In this document: piece after piece, positions 8,042-17,031 of the stretch
Layout: each line of letters opens with the position of its first letter
Numbering within the stretch: the first letter of the stretch is position 1
Assembly: GCA_040387015.1 (NCBI GenBank)
Contig: JAZKEP010000183.1
Span: 1-56,269, forward strand
Direction of reading: 5' to 3'
Length of the DNA: 56,269 bases
Origin: Bacteroidota bacterium
Lineage (GTDB): Bacteria; Bacteroidota; Bacteroidia; Chitinophagales; LD1
The notes under the pieces: model-generated
What the model was told of the DNA's origin: nothing
The model's input: only the letters and a program-made list of their open reading frames with translations
The model's database searches: none
Position numbers and translations under genes: made by a program

Positions 8042-9115
8042 ATGGCAACCACAGAAACAACAAGCGTTAAATACAAAACCACGGGGGAAAAATTGCTGTT
8101 CTGGGTGGACTTGGCAATGATGGTGCTCATCATTTTCAATTTGATCTTCATCATCTTCGACTGGAGTTTTACGCACCAGGTCTTTCGCAATTTTCTCAGC
8201 CAGGTATTCCCGCCTTTTTATGAGTATTACGCTACCCAAATACATCCCAACTTCCTTCGCTACGACATTTATTTCGTGGCCATCTTTGTTGCCGAATTAC
8301 TCATTCGCTGGGCAGTGGCCCTAAAAAATAAAACTTACGGAGCCTGGTTTCTGTATCCCGTGGTGCATTGGTACGATGTGCTTGGCTGCATTCCGCTGGG
8401 TGTCTTCCGCTGGCTCCGGTTGCTGCGTATTTTTTCTATCAGCATGCGCCTCCACCGCTTGGGCATCATCAATCTTCGCGAAACTTATCTCTGGCGAAAG
8501 GTTGATCAGGTCTATCAGATTTTTCTGGAGGAAATTACCGACCGCGTGTTGGTCAGTTTCCTCGATGGTATTAAACGGGAGATTATCAAAGAAAGCACCT
8601 CCGACAGCAATATCATTGCCGATGTAGTCAAGCCGCACCGCGATTCGCTTTCCAAATGGATAGCGCAGCGCATTCAAACGGTTACCGAAACCAATTACGA
8701 AGCTTTCCGCGATGACCTCAAGGACCAAATCGAAACCACCGTGCGCGATGGATTTGCTTCCAGCAAAGGCATGAAGCGGGTGGAGAGTATCCCCTTAGTG
8801 GGCAAACAGATTTTTAATTCACTGGAAGATACCATCAGCGATATCACTTTTGAATTGATTGAAAGCAGTGCAAAAAATGTATCCTCCGAAAAGAATACCC
8901 GCCTGATGGAAGAAGGCATTAAATCCATTTTCGACAGCATTCTATCCGAAAAGAAAAACGATGAGGTAAACGAAATTGTAAAAGATATTTGTGTGCAAAC
9001 CATCGACCGCGTAAAAGCCGATATTCAAACCAAAAGCTGGCTGCTTGCGAAAAAAGAGGAAGAAGAACTTGGCGATTTAAACGATTTACTGCGCCATCCG
9101 CCCCAAAAGCCCTAA
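8042..9115 (+). CDS. voltage-sensor-domain (S1-S4) membrane protein without pore domain, long helical cytoplasmic tail
   Basis: 357-aa ORF with four N-terminal hydrophobic helices. The fourth is FRWLRLLRIFSISMRLHRL (Arg every third residue). Acidic countercharges sit in helix 2 (FVAELLIRW) and helix 3 (HWYDVLG). No hydrophobic segment follows. Confidence 0.65.
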   Translation: MATTETTSVKYKTTGEKLLFWVDLAMMVLIIFNLIFIIFDWSFTHQVFRNFLSQVFPPFYEYYATQIHPNFLRYDIYFVAIFVAELLIRWAVALKNKTYGAWFLYPVVHWYDVLGCIPLGVFRWLRLLRIFSISMRLHRLGIINLRETYLWRKVDQVYQIFLEEITDRVLVSFLDGIKREIIKESTSDSNIIADVVKPHRDSLSKWIAQRIQTVTETNYEAFRDDLKDQIETTVRDGFASSKGMKRVESIPLVGKQIFNSLEDTISDITFELIESSAKNVSSEKNTRLMEEGIKSIFDSILSEKKNDEVNEIVKDICVQTIDRVKADIQTKSWLLAKKEEEELGDLNDLLRHPPQKP

Positions 9116-9318
9116 GCCCCGATTCTTTAAAAATGCTAATTTAACAGGACCGGGCACCGTCCAGCAAAATATTCAAACACTCCTTCGCGTTAAGATTCCA
9201 AACAGTTTTCCAACGGATCATCCATTATCTTTAGTCCGAACAAAACCCGCTGCTGCAATGCAGCTCTATCATAAATCTGAAGTAAGCAGTCAATTATTCA
9301 TGGTTAAACAAGATAATA

Positions 9319-9852
9319 ATGAAAGCAATCAGCATTATGGTAACCCTCGTGTTATTCTTCAACGGTTTACAGGCAAAAACCTACACCATCGGTTCCGGCA
9401 AATGGACCGACCCACGCCTATGGGAAAACGAATATATCGGCTCTACCATAAAGGCGGGTGATGTGGTTATTATTAAAGGGCATGTTACACTTACCACCCC
9501 TTTAATAGTGGAAGGCACATTGCAGGTTGAAAAAGGAGCCTCTATAATGGGTATGAAAGATTTAAATGTTGCCCAAAGCGGTCATTTTGCAAACAGTGGC
9601 ATAACAGTAGTGCGTAACATTGTAAATGAAGGCAGCATCCGCAACAACTGTGTGATGGAAGCCATGACCAATATCCAAAACAACAGCGTAATAGAAAACA
9701 ACCACAACATGTTGGCGGGCAACAATTTTAAAAGTGCAGGCGGCAATGCTTATGGCAGGGGCGGTCGTATCTATGCTAATAACAGCGCCTCTGTTTCCGC
9801 CTCCACCGACCTCGGCTTAGGAGTAAATGTTTATTCTATCAAAAGAGAATAA
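9319..9852 (+). CDS. hypothetical secreted protein
   Basis: 177-aa ORF with a signal peptide (MKAISIMVTLVLFFNGLQA). The Asn/Gly-rich repetitive body suggests beta-helix-like repeats. No family motif recognised. Confidence 0.5.
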   Translation: MKAISIMVTLVLFFNGLQAKTYTIGSGKWTDPRLWENEYIGSTIKAGDVVIIKGHVTLTTPLIVEGTLQVEKGASIMGMKDLNVAQSGHFANSGITVVRNIVNEGSIRNNCVMEAMTNIQNNSVIENNHNMLAGNNFKSAGGNAYGRGGRIYANNSASVSASTDLGLGVNVYSIKRE

Positions 9853-9878
9853 ACCTCTTTCATAACTCATTCCTTATG

Positions 9879-9897
9879 TCCCTCTCACGGAGAGGGA
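9879..9897. terminator. hairpin TCCCTCTC-ACG-GAGAGGGA between convergent genes
   Basis: Perfect 8-bp stem and 3-nt loop between the stops at 9852 (+) and 9946 (-). A further AAGGGAGAGG follows. There is no clear U-tract. Confidence 0.35.
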
Positions 9898-9945
9898 TTA
9901 AGGGAGAGGATATCTAAAAGCGAATTATGAATTGGTCTATTTTCC

Positions 9946-11391
9946 TTAAGCGTAATCCTTGCTTGGTGTTTGTTCTTTTTCATAAATAAAACCCCACGGT
10001 TTAGCTTCTTCCACCTGATAAGCAAGTTCAAGCAACCTTTGGTCTAAACCAAATGGCGCGGAAAATTGAACAGCTATAGGCATCCCATTTTCAGTTTTGC
10101 CCAGAGGCAGCGAAATAGCGGGTGCCCCCGTAATGTTTTGAAGACCGCAGTAAGTGGCAAAGTCAACCGCCCGTTTTGATACCACCTCATAAGAAAGATC
10201 CGGTGAAAAATGTCCGATTTGGGGGGTGGTATGCGCCAATACAGGAGTCATTATTATATCGTAAGATTCAAAAAGCCTTTCCGTATCGGCACCCACCTTG
10301 CGCAACAAGCGAATACTGCGTGGCAGTTTCAATTTATTATCCTTAAAATTTTGGCTAAGGCCAAGGGTAAATGGCTCTAGTACTTCATGGTTCACTTTGG
10401 CACCCAGCACAAGTCGCCCATGATGGCTTACCATATATGCCAGAAAGCCATAATACAGAATGTAGTGTTCGGTCATGGTATCTACATCAATAGGTAAAGG
10501 CAACTGCTCTACGGTGTGCCCTAGCGACTGCAGTAAAGCCACTGTTTCTAACTGCACGCGGTAAGTGTCGGCATCCTGGTGGCCTCCCTTACCCACAGGT
10601 GGATTTTCAAAAAAAGCAATGCGCAATTTTTTCTCCGAAGGCTCAGTTACGTGCCCCAGGTTCGGCAGCTTGGGGTTTTTGTAAAACTTTTCTGCCGCGG
10701 CAAAAAATGCAGCTGTGTCACGCACTGTTCGTGTAAGCACACCTTCATAAACAATTTGCAGCGGCATCAGTTCCGAGCCGTCCATGGGAACCAGACGATG
10801 GCGGGTGGGTTTTAATCCCACCAATCCACAGCACGCAGCGGGTATGCGGATAGAACCGGCTCCATCATTGGCAGTGGCAATAGGCACTACACCGGCAGCA
10901 ACTAAAGCGGCCGAACCCGAAGAAGAACCTCCGGTCGTATAATCCGTATTCCATGGATTGCGCGTAATACCCCAGCGCTTGTTTTCGGTGCTGCATATCA
11001 AACCGAATTCAGGCAAAGTGCTTTTACCTAAGTTATTTGCTCCGGTAGAAAGAAACTGGTTTACATAGCGGCTGTTTTTCTTCGCAATTTTAGAACTAAA
11101 CGAACCGGTGCCTAACTGTGTAGGATAACCTTTAATGTTTTCGTTGTCTTTTATAAACGAAGGCACTCCGTAAAACGCACCTCCCTTTATCAGCGTGTTG
11201 TAGTTGCGGGCATCGTCATAGGTTTTCACCACAATGGCGTTCAGCTCGCTGTTTGTTTTTTCGGCACGTGCAATGGCGGCTTCTGTAGCTTCCGCCACGG
11301 TTATTTCCTTTTTAGCAATAGCTTCTGCTACTCCTACTGAATCCAATGTTCCTAAAGCATCGTTGGTAAATGCACTGATACGTTTGCCCAT
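9946..11391 (-). CDS. amidase (amidase-signature family)
   Basis: 481-aa ORF with GGSSSGSAALVAAGVVPIATANDGAGSIRIPAACCGLVGLKPT, the amidase signature including the Ser-cisSer-Lys context. Confidence 0.85.
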   Translation of the reverse strand: MGKRISAFTNDALGTLDSVGVAEAIAKKEITVAEATEAAIARAEKTNSELNAIVVKTYDDARNYNTLIKGGAFYGVPSFIKDNENIKGYPTQLGTGSFSSKIAKKNSRYVNQFLSTGANNLGKSTLPEFGLICSTENKRWGITRNPWNTDYTTGGSSSGSAALVAAGVVPIATANDGAGSIRIPAACCGLVGLKPTRHRLVPMDGSELMPLQIVYEGVLTRTVRDTAAFFAAAEKFYKNPKLPNLGHVTEPSEKKLRIAFFENPPVGKGGHQDADTYRVQLETVALLQSLGHTVEQLPLPIDVDTMTEHYILYYGFLAYMVSHHGRLVLGAKVNHEVLEPFTLGLSQNFKDNKLKLPRSIRLLRKVGADTERLFESYDIIMTPVLAHTTPQIGHFSPDLSYEVVSKRAVDFATYCGLQNITGAPAISLPLGKTENGMPIAVQFSAPFGLDQRLLELAYQVEEAKPWGFIYEKEQTPSKDYA

Positions 11392-11471
11392 AAAGTGTTT
11401 TTTGATAATGAGGACGTGAAAGTAATCAGTACTATTTTAAAATAAGGAAAGAAAATGCTCAAACATGAATT

Positions 11472-11479
11472 TATATTTG
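11472..11479 (+). promoter_or_regulatory. TAnnTTTG -7 box candidate (TATATTTG) for the ACAD-SCP2 gene
   Basis: A perfect match 24 nt upstream of the ATG at 11504. It lies inside the longer ORF-track start (11465), which argues for the 11504 start. Confidence 0.4.
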
Positions 11480-11503
11480 TCAGCCAAAATTAATAGGGCC
11501 TAC

Positions 11504-13036
11504 ATGAAGAACTACTATTTCACCGAAGAACATGAAATTTTCCGTCAGGGATTAAAAGAATTTTTACAACGTGAGGTTACGCCTAACATTGATAAATGGG
11601 AAGAAGAACAGCGTATACCAAAAGAGATTTGGAAGAAGTTTGGTGACTTGGGTTATCTTGGCTTAAACTACGGTGCAGAGTATGGTGGCGAGGCTGCCGA
11701 TTTTTGGTACTCCGTTGTTTTTTGCGAAGAAGTGGCTAAAGTGTGGAGCGGTGGTTTTGCTGTTACTCCTTTGGTGATTCAGTACATGAGCACGCCCTAC
11801 CTTTATAAGCATGGGTCTGAGTTGATTAAGAAAAAATATCTCGTTCCTACTATCAAAGGCGAACTGGTTTCCTGCATAGGCATTACTGAGCCGGGAGCGG
11901 GCAGCGATGTGCAGAATATTAAAACTCGTGCCGTGCGCGAAGGCGACTACTATATCGTAAACGGTTCAAAAACATTTATCACCAACGCGGTGTATGGCGA
12001 CTACATTGTAACCGTAGTGAAAACAGATTCTTCAAAAGGATTTGAAGGAGTTAGCTTGCTTATAATTGACCGCAACGCTCCGGGTGTTTCTGCCAAGAAG
12101 CTGAAAAAGCTAGGATGGCATGCCTCTGACACTGCCGAATTGTTTTTTGATAACGTGAAAGTACCTGCCGAAAATTTAATTGGCGAAGAAGGGCAAGGTT
12201 TTATTTATCTAATGGGGGGATTGCAACTCGAAAGATTAAGCGGTGCAATCTCAGCTATAGCCGGTTGCGAGAACGCGATGGATTACACCCTGCAGTATAT
12301 GAGCGAGCGTCAGGCATTTGGTCGTTCTATAAATAAATTTCAGGTGCTGCGCCATCGCATGGCACAGTTGGCTTCTGAAATTGAATGCACTAAGTACTTC
12401 GTTTATCACTGTTGCCGTTTACACAACGATGGAGAATATGTGGTGAAAGAAAGCAGCATGGCAAAATTGCTGTCAACCGAGTTGAGCGATAAAGTAGCTT
12501 ATCAGTGCTTGCAAAGTTTTGGCGGCTACGGTTATATGGAAGAATATAAAATGGCGCGCATGTTCCGCGATAGCCGGATACTTACCATCGGTGGAGGCTC
12601 CTCGGAAATTATGCGCGAGATAATTGCCAAAATGGTGATTGACGATAAGCAATATGAGAATAAGGGGTTAACCATTCAATACGCAAAAACAGAAAGCCAG
12701 CCGGCTCAAGCCGCACCTGAACCTAAAAAAACTGCTGATAGCCCGTTGGATGTAATTGTTGCAGGTCTAACAGCTCGTGCAGCCACAGCTCCTGCTTTAG
12801 GTAAAACTCTCAAGTTTGATTTTGGCGCCCAGAAAATTTTCGTGGACGGAAGTGGTCAAACAAATTTGATTTCTACCGATGATAAAGAAGCGGACTGTAC
12901 TATCGGTATATCCTTCGAAGATTTTACAGCGCTTACAACCGGCTCACTTAACCCCATGAATGCATTTATGTCTGGTAAAATAAAAGTTACAGGCGATATG
13001 GGTGTAGCCATGAAACTCCAATCGCTTTTTAAGTGA
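11504..13036 (+). CDS. acyl-CoA dehydrogenase fused to a C-terminal SCP2 domain
   Basis: MKNYYFTEEHEIFRQG... is a typical ACAD N-terminus. Other ACAD segments are GITEPGAGSDVQNIKTRA and FGGYGYMEEYKMARMFRDSRILTIGGGSSEIMREIIAK. A Pro/Ala linker follows, then an SCP2 domain (ALGKTLKFDFG...MNAFMSGKIKVTGDMGVAMKLQSLFK). Confidence 0.85.
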   Translation: MKNYYFTEEHEIFRQGLKEFLQREVTPNIDKWEEEQRIPKEIWKKFGDLGYLGLNYGAEYGGEAADFWYSVVFCEEVAKVWSGGFAVTPLVIQYMSTPYLYKHGSELIKKKYLVPTIKGELVSCIGITEPGAGSDVQNIKTRAVREGDYYIVNGSKTFITNAVYGDYIVTVVKTDSSKGFEGVSLLIIDRNAPGVSAKKLKKLGWHASDTAELFFDNVKVPAENLIGEEGQGFIYLMGGLQLERLSGAISAIAGCENAMDYTLQYMSERQAFGRSINKFQVLRHRMAQLASEIECTKYFVYHCCRLHNDGEYVVKESSMAKLLSTELSDKVAYQCLQSFGGYGYMEEYKMARMFRDSRILTIGGGSSEIMREIIAKMVIDDKQYENKGLTIQYAKTESQPAQAAPEPKKTADSPLDVIVAGLTARAATAPALGKTLKFDFGAQKIFVDGSGQTNLISTDDKEADCTIGISFEDFTALTTGSLNPMNAFMSGKIKVTGDMGVAMKLQSLFK

Positions 13037-13147
13037 TAGTTTTCAGATGGTCATTGTTCACAGGCCATCAAATCATACTATCCACTGAGTTTAATCAGTT
13101 ATCCGTGAAATCGTTTCCTTGACTTTTGCGATGCAAAAATTAAAGCA

Positions 13148-13663
13148 ATGAACGGAATAGTCATTTACAAAAGTCGCTATGGTGCAGCCAAGCAATACGC
13201 TGAATGGATAGCGGAAACATTAAACATTCCTGCAAAAACTACCGATGAAGTAACTAATGCCCATCTTATTGCATGCGACTATGTAATTGCCGGCAGTTCC
13301 ATCTATATCGGCAAAATTCTGATGAAGGATTGGCTGATGCAAAACAGCGAAGCTTTGACAGGCAAAAAGCATTTCCTTTTTATTGTGGGTGCCGCGCCAC
13401 CGAGCGAAAAAGCAAAAACGGAAAAATATTTTACTGATAATATTTCAAATGAAATCTTGAAGTCGAGTCAATGTTATTACCTGCAGGGAAAATCCATTTT
13501 TAAGGAATTAAGCTGGTGGGATAAATTCTTGTTGAAGGCCGGAGCTAAGTTTGCCCCTACTCCCGAACTCAAAAAAGAAATGCTCACGGAATTCAATGCC
13601 ATCCGGAAAGAAAATCTTAATGAACTGCTCAATACGGTAGAAGTTTTCCGAAAACCGAAGTAA
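13148..13663 (+). CDS. flavodoxin-like domain protein (HemG/flavodoxin_5-like)
   Basis: 171-aa ORF. MNGIVIYKSRYGAAKQYAEWIAETL is the characteristic N-terminus of short flavodoxin-domain proteins. Confidence 0.65.
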   Translation: MNGIVIYKSRYGAAKQYAEWIAETLNIPAKTTDEVTNAHLIACDYVIAGSSIYIGKILMKDWLMQNSEALTGKKHFLFIVGAAPPSEKAKTEKYFTDNISNEILKSSQCYYLQGKSIFKELSWWDKFLLKAGAKFAPTPELKKEMLTEFNAIRKENLNELLNTVEVFRKPK

Positions 13664-13809
13664 GTACTGAACGAAAGTTCTCCTTGACTCACAATTAAAG
13701 TTCCTATAGGCTTCACCATGTATCAATCACAGTTTGTTTATTCAAAAATATCAATCTCGGAGGTTGACATTTTTTGTAAACGCATTACATTGATAGAAAA
13801 GAAAAATAT

Positions 13810-14268
13810 ATGGACGTGCGTAAAACAATCGTATATATCGGTAACTGCGAAGATGAAGGAGCTCTTTTTGAAAGAGCAATCGAAGTAACGGTTAAGCGAA
13901 GCAACTTTCTTCCTCTCGATTACAGTAACTGGTCGCTTAATCTTTTAAAGAAGAGTCAGCCTTTTTGGTATGAAGCTATTGTAGTTGATTTAGCAAACCT
14001 CTCTTCCGAAGGAATTCATCTTTTGAAAGAAATAAGAAGTATAGAACACCTGATGCATGTTCCGGTTGTAGTATATACTGATGCTACTACCCTCGGTGAT
14101 TTGCTCACTATTAAAGCATGCGGTGCTTCTCATTACCTTCCCAAGCCGGTAAAAATGGAGGAACTTATACGAATGTTCAATGCCTTGGGGAAGAAAGAAT
14201 TGATTCCTTTTATCCCTAATTACAAAAAGCAGGAGCCTGTGCCTCAAAGGCTCAGTTATGCTTCTTAA
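13810..14268 (+). CDS. stand-alone response-regulator receiver-like domain protein
   Basis: 152-aa ORF with a candidate phospho-acceptor in AIVVDLANL, then VPVVVYTD and HYLPKPV (the conserved Thr and Lys positions). The N-terminal acidic pocket is atypical (NCEDEG). Confidence 0.55.
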   Translation: MDVRKTIVYIGNCEDEGALFERAIEVTVKRSNFLPLDYSNWSLNLLKKSQPFWYEAIVVDLANLSSEGIHLLKEIRSIEHLMHVPVVVYTDATTLGDLLTIKACGASHYLPKPVKMEELIRMFNALGKKELIPFIPNYKKQEPVPQRLSYAS

Positions 14269-14276
14269 GTCGAAAA

Positions 14277-15764
14277 TTAATTTAGGTCTTCTTCGCTTAA
14301 CCCTAAATCTTTGGTTGAAAACACAGAGCCAAACAAATCTTTAAATTGAACACCCCGTTCCAAATGCGCTTTACCTATCTGAGAATGCTCTGCGAGTGCG
14401 TGAAGAATAAATTCCTTCATTAAATACTTTTCATTGGCAGGAAGCTTAATATTTAGCTGCGCCACCAATTCATTTAATGCAGGAATGGAATCGAGTGTCT
14501 GTTTGTATTCCTTATCGGTGTAACCAAGCAGGATATCTACTTCATTATTTTCCGCAAACCACTCAAGCACTTTTTGATAAGGCGATGCTTGTTTTTTCTT
14601 TTTCAACTTACCGGGGTCGGGGAAGAGGGAAATAAAATGATTACGGATAGCCTTACCGATTAACCCATGCGCCACCATAGCAGCACCCTCCTGTTCGCCT
14701 TCATACACTAATTCAATCTTACCGTTAATGGCTGCCACTACTCCTGTTAAGTCCGCAATGCGGGCAAATGTTTTTTCGTCCCCGTTCAGCAACATTCTTC
14801 TTTCGGCAGCGCTAACTAAATTTTCATAAGCAGAAATTGTAAGACGCGCACTCACTCCGCTTTTTGAATCTACAAATTCACTTTGCCGCGCTTCAAAAGC
14901 TATCTGCTCTATCAGCGTTTTCAACAAATCACTTACTTCTACTTTCTCTTTTTGAGTTTTATTGATTCTTGCTTCCTGTTGTGTAATCTCCTTGCCCAAC
15001 TCTATACTTTTTGGGTAATGTGTCAAAATCTGCGAGCCTATTCTATCCTTAAGCGGAGTAACGATACTGCCTCGATTCGTATAATCCTCAGGATTGGCAG
15101 TAAACACAAATTCAATATCCAGCGGTATGCGAAGTTTGAATCCGCGAATCTGTATATCACCTTCCTGTAAAATATTGAACAGTGCTACTTGTAGTCGCGC
15201 TTGCAAATCCGGTAATTCATTTATCACAAAAATACAACGGTTACTTCTTGGTATAATACCAAAGTGAATCACCCGCTCGTCTGCATAACTCAGTTTTAAG
15301 TTTGCCGCTTTTATCGGATCTACATCACCAATCAAGTCGGCAACGCTCACATCAGGGGTTGCTAATTTCTCAGCATAACGCTCACTACGATGCATCCATT
15401 CAATAGGTGTATCATCTCCCTTTTCCGCAATCAAATCTTTTGCATAGCGTGAAACAGGATTCCGCGGGTCGTCATTCAGTTCGCTTCCGGCCACCACGGG
15501 AATGTATTCATCCAACAGCTCGGTCATTTGCCTTGCTATCCTGGTTTTGGCCTGTCCGCGCAAACCCAGCAGGTTCATGTTGTGGCGCGAAAGAATGGCG
15601 CGTTCAATATCGGGTATCACCGTATCCTCATATCCGAGAATACCTTCAAATATTTTTTCTTTCTTCTTCAGTTTCAGGATGAGGTTATCCCTCAATTCGT
15701 CTTTAATGGTTTTGCTTTGATAACCGCTTTTCTTCAGCGCGCCTAATGTTTTTATTTCTTTCAT
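14277..15764 (-). CDS. ChlI/BchI-like (Mg-chelatase family) AAA+ ATPase
   Basis: 495-aa ORF. The Walker-A-like motif is GLRGQAKT and the Walker-B-like motif is CIFVINELPDL. The stop overlaps the upstream vWA gene by 4 nt (translational coupling). Confidence 0.7.
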   Translation of the reverse strand: MKEIKTLGALKKSGYQSKTIKDELRDNLILKLKKKEKIFEGILGYEDTVIPDIERAILSRHNMNLLGLRGQAKTRIARQMTELLDEYIPVVAGSELNDDPRNPVSRYAKDLIAEKGDDTPIEWMHRSERYAEKLATPDVSVADLIGDVDPIKAANLKLSYADERVIHFGIIPRSNRCIFVINELPDLQARLQVALFNILQEGDIQIRGFKLRIPLDIEFVFTANPEDYTNRGSIVTPLKDRIGSQILTHYPKSIELGKEITQQEARINKTQKEKVEVSDLLKTLIEQIAFEARQSEFVDSKSGVSARLTISAYENLVSAAERRMLLNGDEKTFARIADLTGVVAAINGKIELVYEGEQEGAAMVAHGLIGKAIRNHFISLFPDPGKLKKKKQASPYQKVLEWFAENNEVDILLGYTDKEYKQTLDSIPALNELVAQLNIKLPANEKYLMKEFILHALAEHSQIGKAHLERGVQFKDLFGSVFSTKDLGLSEEDLN

Positions 15765-16855
15765 CGAACTCTTCTTTTTTTGTTGCGTTCAAAATCTTCA
15801 AACAAATATTCTCCCAATCCTTTCAGCGATGTATAAAAAGCCTTACCGCTGTTTGCCTCGGTAAACTCTTCCACAAAACTTTGCAGGTAAGGGTCGGTGG
15901 CAATCATAAAAGTGGTAATGGGTATTTTCAATCTGCGCGCAGCACCTGCAAGTCGAAGGCACTTGTTCACTATCTTTCTATCCAGGCCAAAGCTGTTTTT
16001 ATAGTACTGCCCGTTCTCACGAATGCAACTCGGCTTGCCATCGGTAATCATAAATATCTGCTTGTTGGCATTCTTCTTTCTCCGCAGCAAATCCATGGCT
16101 AACTCCAAACCGGCAACTGTATTGGTATGATAAGGCCCTACCTGCAAATAGGGCAAATCTTTAACTTCAATCTGCCAGGCATCATCACCAAATACAATAA
16201 TATCAAGTGTATCCTTCGGATATTTTCTTTTAATCAATTCGGCTAATGCCATTGCCACATTCTTGGCAGGAGTAATTCTATCCTCTCCGTACAAAATCAT
16301 GCTGTGCGAAATGTCTATCATCAGCACGGTGCTGGTTTGTGTTTTGTGTTCTTTCTCCCGCACCAGCAAATCGTCTTCATTCATCATAAACTCGCCAATG
16401 CCATGATTGATTTGGGCATTGCGGAAACTTTCCAGCATGGCAATCTGCTCCAGTGAATCACCAAACTGATAGCCGCGCATGTCGCTGCTCATTTCATCCC
16501 CTGCTCCGGTATGCCTTGTTTTATGATTACCTGCTTTACCCCTTTTCAGCTTACCGAATATTTTTTCTAAAGCACTTTGACGGATGCTTTGTTCGGTTTT
16601 GGCGGTAATCGAAAAACCTCCTTCACCTTCCGGTTGATCCTTAAGATATCCCCGTTCTTTCAATTCATTGATAAAATCGCCAATTCCGTAATTCGCATCC
16701 GTTAGTTTATATTCTTTATCCAATTCAGTCAGCCAACTTAATGCTTCCGCTACATCGCCCGAAGTATAGGTGAGCAATTGTTTGAAAATATCAAACAGCC
16801 TATCGAAATTGGATTGCGGTTTTGGATTGTATTTTGAAAAACGGTAGCCTAACAT
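15761..16855 (-). CDS. von Willebrand factor A (vWA) domain protein
   Basis: 364-aa ORF with a MIDAS motif DISHS in VLMIDISHSMILYG and TDG in FMITDGKPS. It is the usual partner of ChlI/MoxR-like ATPases. Confidence 0.8.
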   Translation of the reverse strand: MLGYRFSKYNPKPQSNFDRLFDIFKQLLTYTSGDVAEALSWLTELDKEYKLTDANYGIGDFINELKERGYLKDQPEGEGGFSITAKTEQSIRQSALEKIFGKLKRGKAGNHKTRHTGAGDEMSSDMRGYQFGDSLEQIAMLESFRNAQINHGIGEFMMNEDDLLVREKEHKTQTSTVLMIDISHSMILYGEDRITPAKNVAMALAELIKRKYPKDTLDIIVFGDDAWQIEVKDLPYLQVGPYHTNTVAGLELAMDLLRRKKNANKQIFMITDGKPSCIRENGQYYKNSFGLDRKIVNKCLRLAGAARRLKIPITTFMIATDPYLQSFVEEFTEANSGKAFYTSLKGLGEYLFEDFERNKKRRVR

Positions 16856-16955
16856 GATCAGACAAACAAAGAAAACAGGTTTTGGTTGAAGAAGGGAGGA
16901 ATTAACGGTTGTTGAGAATAGTGCCAGTTCTTTTGCATCTATTCCTTCCCATAGC

Positions 16956-16963
16956 TATATTTG
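16956..16963 (+). promoter_or_regulatory. TAnnTTTG -7 box candidate (TATATTTG)
   Basis: A perfect match 69 nt upstream of the ATG at 17032 and inside the TTG-initiated ORF-track start (16909). Confidence 0.35.
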
Positions 16964-17031
16964 ATAGAAACAGAAAATTTCCCCTTCAACATATTGCAGT
17001 CTATTTTGTTTTAATGATTCAAACAGCGATT

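Noticed and set aside
7843-8245. ORFs 7843-8190 (-) and 8027-8245 (-) in the divergent region upstream of the VSD gene
   Set aside because: The first is largely made of the REP-like element and promoter DNA. The second is antisense to the well-supported 8042-9115 gene.
11465-11503. Longer N-terminal extensions offered by the ORF track (11465 for the ACAD-SCP2 gene; likewise 16909 TTG for the T9SS protein, 32793 for gldB, 40943 for the lipoprotein, 53030 for the ABC ATPase)
   Set aside because: Perfect TAnnTTTG boxes fall inside the 11465 and 16909 extensions. For the others the internal Met gives a canonical signal peptide, lipobox or family N-terminus.
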